From the NCBI GenBank assembly GCA_013239625.1, contig MU053758.1, forward strand, positions 3,643,490 to 3,707,489: a stretch of 64,000 bases of DNA, read 5' to 3'. Numbering within the stretch: the first letter of the stretch is position 1; each line of letters begins with the position of its first letter. Source of the DNA: Lama guanicoe. Lineage: Eukaryota. The translations under genes were made by a program, and so were the position numbers. Under the pieces are notes generated by a model. It searched no databases. It had not been told where the DNA came from and saw nothing but the letters and a program-made list of their open reading frames with translations. This document shows, piece after piece, positions 57,273-64,000 of this stretch.

Positions 57273-60200
57273 GGGCCTGTCATCAGCGCCCAGACCTCAG
57301 CCTCCTTCTTAAGAGGTGTGGGAGTCCACACACTGTCTTGACTTTCTCCAGCATTGTCTCCTTTTATGAGCCCAGGGGAGCAGAGGAGGCCTCAGGCTGG
57401 CTCCTGGGAGACAAAAGAACAAGCAGGGATGTTGCAGGAAGGCACACAGAAGGTTCTAGAAAGGCCTAGGAAACTTGTCTCCGGTGGGACCAGCCATCCC
57501 AGTTTCCCCAGGATTGTTCTGGTTTTAGGGATAAAGCCCCACACCCCAGGGAACCCCTCAGTCCCGGGCAGAATGGGATAGTTGGTCACCCAGATACAAC
57601 AGACCCTCGAGGGAAACATCCCCACTGCCCTTCTCGCCAGGAAATCTGCTCTGTTGTGTAACCTCAGCCAGCCAAAAAGACTGAAAGGTCAGCTAACTGC
57701 GCACCTGCTCATGCTGACACCGCCCGTGGTTAAGAAGGTCTGTCTTCTCGAGCCCTGGTTGGAAAATAGGAAAGCCTTTGTTTCTGGTTGTCCGGGGAGA
57801 GGGGAGTGGCTTTGATTCACGGGCCTCCCCAGAGGCACACAGAGCCTGACCTTCCTTCAGAGTTTCATCTCTGCTGCAGGAGTTGTCTGGAGTGAGGCCG
57901 AGAGCCTGGCAGGGCTAGGTTTTTATTTTCCAGCAGGTCCAATCTGCTGAGCAAGTGAGACCCTTTAGAGGGGCCGGGAGCTGAGCAGAGGGCAGGTGGA
58001 GCCAGGGATGGGGGTCTTGCCCTCTGGTCTGCCCTGTGGTCTGGTGTCCTGCTCACTCTTCCCATCAGGAGAGCTACCATCAGCCATGCACCACGTCAGT
58101 CCTTACGTTGCTCTGTGAGCCCGAGTGTATCATCCCCATCTCAAAGCCCAAGGAAACCAAGACCCAGGGGAGATAAGAGCTTGCCCAAATGTCTGCAGCT
58201 ACAGAGCCAAGCTGTCACCCCGAGTCTGGCCTGGCCCTCTCCACTATACCACCCACCTCCCCCTCTGCTCTAGAATCCCATCCCGGGCTGCCGGATGTGG
58301 TCGGGCTCCATGGAGAATGAAAGGGACACGACTGGATGGCCTCCAGCAGGCGATGGCCAGCAGCCACTGGGGGTGTCCCAGGAGAAGCAGCAAAGCCTTG
58401 TGATAATGTGTGAACTCCGTGGGTTCAAATCCCAGCCCCACCACGTACCAACTGTGTGAATTCACTCCCCTCTGCCTCCTGTGTATCCTTCCCTGTGAAA
58501 ATTGGAAAAGGATGATAGGACCCACTTCCTAGGGCTGCTGTGAGGACAACATGAGTTTGAAGCATCAGAACAGCACCTGTTCACGCTAAGTGCTTGGTCA
58601 TGGCAGCTGCTATGGTCGCCAGTCCCCACAAGGGTGGAGGCTTGTCCTCAGATAGATGATGCTAAGCAGCTGTCACTAGGGAGTGTGGATGGGCTCTGAG
58701 CACACAGGCCACCATCCCACGGGCCAGGTGCGTGTGTTTGGGGCCCTTGGATATAAAGCTCCCATGAGTCACCGTGCCCTTCCCATGCCCAGGGGCCTGG
58801 TGTGAGTGGGCCCGCCTAGCACAGTCCCAGGGCCCCATTGGCTGCCTCAGCCTCTGTCTCCTGGAAATCCATGCTCCAGTGCAAAGGACGCAGCTGAGCC
58901 GAAAGTCCGACTGCGCCTCCATGGGTGGTTGCGTTTCCCACCCATAGTGGTACAGGCTCCACCCCAGCCCTGCTGAGCCACAGCCTCCCAGGGAACATGC
59001 TCTGGCTCCACAAGGACCACCCTGGAGCCACAGGGTCCAGAGAAGCCACAGTAGCCAAGGCCTGGGAAGCCCCATGCTGTTCTACAGCCCAGGGGTGCAG
59101 GGGTTCCCAGGCAGGGCTTCGCACCTCTACCGCCTGGAAGGGGTTCCTCCTCGCCGCCAGGTTAATAAGGGGGCTAATGGAACCAGCCATCATTCACTGA
59201 CCTCTCTCCATGCCTTCTCTCTTTCACTCCTCACCATAGCCTCCTGAGATGGCATTCCCCCTATCCCCATTTCATAGATGAGTAAACTGAGGCTTGGAAT
59301 ATTTCAGGATCCTGCCTGAGGTCACACAGCTGGCGAACAGCAGAGCCGGCAGAACCAGCCTTTGTGCAGCCATTCAAGGTGCATCTTTCCTTAAGCCCCC
59401 CACATGGCCTGCCACACAGCCGTAGGTAGTGGGGCGCTGCCTCCCGGTGTGGGGAATGCTTACTTGAATCTTCATAATCTTCCCAGGGAGACCGAGGCCC
59501 AGGCCTTCCAGCTCCAGACACCAGGCCTGCCCCACTGCCACTGGGGGCCCAGCCCCAGCCTGGCCTTCTCCCTCAAGCCTGCCACCTTCCCCAGCCCTGC
59601 AGTGCCTCCCGGCTCTGAACACCCACGGCGGTGACCAGAGGTTGCTCCACTGGCCCTCCATTCACCGATGTCCTCTGATTGTCTTGTGTTCCGGCCCGCT
59701 CTGCCCAGGGAGACTGTAAGCTCTTGGGGGCAAGGACTGACCTCGTACTTCTTATGAAACCTCTGTCTTGCGGGACTGTTCGATGTTTCATCATGTATGA
59801 ATGGATGGATGGGTGGATGGATGAATGGATGCTTTGCCTAGGGGGAACTGTGCTTAGTAAGGAGGCAAAGAAAGGATTTTTTGAAGAGAGAGGGAGAATA
59901 GAAAGGGAGGGAAAGAGGAAGTAAGGAGAGAACAAAGGAGGAGAGAGCGGGGAGGGAAAGAGACTTCCAAAGGCAGCCTTACTATCTCTACTCTCACAGA
60001 TGAGGAAACTGAGGCTCGATGACGTCAAGCAATCAGGCATCTTTGTGTAAATGCCACACCCGCCCAGACTAACCGACCCCTTTGGCAAAGAACAAAATAT
60101 TCTTCTGGGCCAAAAGCCAAAGGGAGACAGACCCTAAGCCAATGCAGTGCTGAAGGTGTGGTAAGAAGTCTTGATAAGTTTTTTAGGTAATTTTATAACA

Positions 60201-61788
60201 CATCAGTAATAATTTTTATAAGGAAAACCCTTTTTGCGCTGTTCACCCAGCACCCCTCCCTCTCTCGTCTGAGCCCTTGTTGTGTGATGCCTTGAGCAGT
60301 AATATTTTGAAAGCTATTAAGTAGCGTATAAGTTATTCTGGTCTAGTTCCATTTTTTGCTTAGCGTTCTTTTTAACAGAATAGAATCTTACTTAGAACCC
60401 CCTTATCAGTAAGAATGAATATCATTTAGTAAGTATCCTAATAATTTTCCCTTCAGGACCTTCGCACTCTGCTCGGATGGGGTCCGTGCTGTGCCCAGAA
60501 CATGCCACGGGTACACTTGGCCGTGTCCTAAAATATGCTTTTCCCTCCTTCTTACTTCTGCCCATCCTTCAGGGTTCCCCTCAATTCTGAATCTCCCCTA
60601 AAGCCTCCCCTGGACTCCCCAGTTCTCGATGAGCTCTTCCCTCCTGAGAACCTGAAAACCAGCCCCAAACCCGCACCTGCTGTCCCTGGGGCTGTGTGGC
60701 AGCGCGTGGGGGGAATCTCACATCAGCAGCTGGGAAACAGTGCCTGTTCCCCACCCTATGTTGTAGCTGTTTCCCGCACCCCTGCTTTCCCTAGATAAAC
60801 CCATACATTAACATTTTCCATTCACAGGATGTTCAGTCCTTATCTGGTGATGGATTCATTGATCTGAGTACGTGAGAACAAGAAAGACAGCCAGATAGCA
60901 GAGGTGGAAAGTACAAACAAGACCAGACTGCGTTGAAAGTATTACGTTCACTCTGGGGAAATTTGATAAAATAGGATGCTTTTAGATCACCTCTCTGTTG
61001 ATGTCAAGAAAAGAGCAATGATGTAGGAGTCAAAACACCTGAGGAAGGGTCAGTCTGCCACTGGCTGTGGCAAATGCCCGCTCCAAACAGCGTTGAACTG
61101 CTGAACAGCCGAGCTTGCACGGTGGCTGGAGATGTACACTGGAGCTCAGTTAAGGGTAGGTGTGAAGTTGAGAGCATGGGATCCTTAACCAATGCAGAGG
61201 CTCTGAACAATTTGATAAAAAGCTAGACAAAGCGACATAATGCGCCGCTGACACACAGGCTGATTGAATGCATGCAGTGAGGCTTTGGGTTTCCTCTGCT
61301 CCGAATTCACCCAACCCCGCTTCCTGGGGTGCTTGGCCCAGGCTGGCTGCTTGGAGTTTGCCTCTCTGGTTGGCCCTGGAACCCCCCCCCTCCTGTGTCC
61401 CCAGGGTCATAGGAGCTGGACAAGGGAGGAGAAACTGAAGAGAAGAGAGTGAACCGCCAGATCCAGGCAGGGCTCCTGAGGAGGATGGCCTGGGAGCCTT
61501 TGCCTCTTCTGAGGCTGCCCCAGGTGGTCGCCATGGGCAGGGCCAGGCCTGTAGGTTATGGCCAGCACCCATCCCGTCTGGGCCAGCGTCTGTTCTCGTG
61601 GACTAGGCCCTGGGGTTTCCCCATTATGAAGTATTTTGATTCACCCTATCACTTCCTCCCACTCAGAGCCAGAGAAGATAAACCCGAAACCAAAACCTAC
61701 ACCTTCACAGCAAGCCCTGATCAGACACCCCCACTAACCAACCACAGAGAGTAGACAGAGGCCAGTTTGCTATGCCAAGAGAACACAC

Positions 61789-61794
61789 TTTATT
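61789..61794 (-). terminator. KRT36 polyadenylation signal
   Basis: AATAAA on the minus strand about 220 nt after the stop. Confidence 0.6.
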
Positions 61795-62015
61795 GGGTAA
61801 ATTTCTAGGGAAACCCAGTTTTATGTGGCGTAAAAGCGGTTAAGTCCAGAAACACACAATCTAAGAAGTATTTTGGTAGAAAAATCTGCTAAGCCAGGGA
61901 CTGTGGGTTGGGGGGGGGGTCCCTCTAGGGTAGAGGGGATTGTGAAGAGCCAGGAGCCACAGGGGTGTCCTCCTTCCTGTGGGTCAGGGCCTGCCTCTCT
62001 GGGCCGGGTGGCTGG

Positions 62016-64000
<1,985 letters not shown>

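Noticed and set aside
58751..58772. TATA-like TATAAA beside an AP-1 site TGAGTCA, plus other scattered AP-1 heptamers
   Set aside because: Frequency is near chance expectation for 64 kb, and there is no convincing downstream gene.

Overview
Mammalian genomic DNA. The tRNA-derived SINE family resembles camelid vic-1, so the source is probably alpaca or camel (inference). The window holds the central type I (acidic) hair-keratin cluster, with all genes on the minus strand. From left to right: the 5' part of a KRT33-type gene (exons 1-2), intact KRT34 (391 aa), intact but drifting KRT31 (411 aa), a KRT37/38-type pseudogene reduced to exon 1 plus a last exon, a KRT32 pseudogene (start codon and TATA lost, stops, exons 4-6 missing), intact KRT35 (455 aa), and the 3' part of KRT36. 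I read the exon boundaries by hand; they give the canonical 83/157/162/126/221-bp internal exons with GT-AG ends. Gene names rest on my recollection of the human proteins and on synteny, not on a search. No wholly new biological system is demonstrable. The most notable observations are: apparent loss of the cuticle keratin KRT32; a possibly chimeric KRT38/KRT41 deletion remnant; an inverted 5S rRNA-L1 chimeric retro-insertion whose empty site is visible in a paralog; a minisatellite built from 5' splice-site copies next to a KRT35 donor; an antisense solo LTR in KRT31; perfect-identity gene-conversion tracts; and a fixed TATA-HOX13-LEF1 promoter layout.
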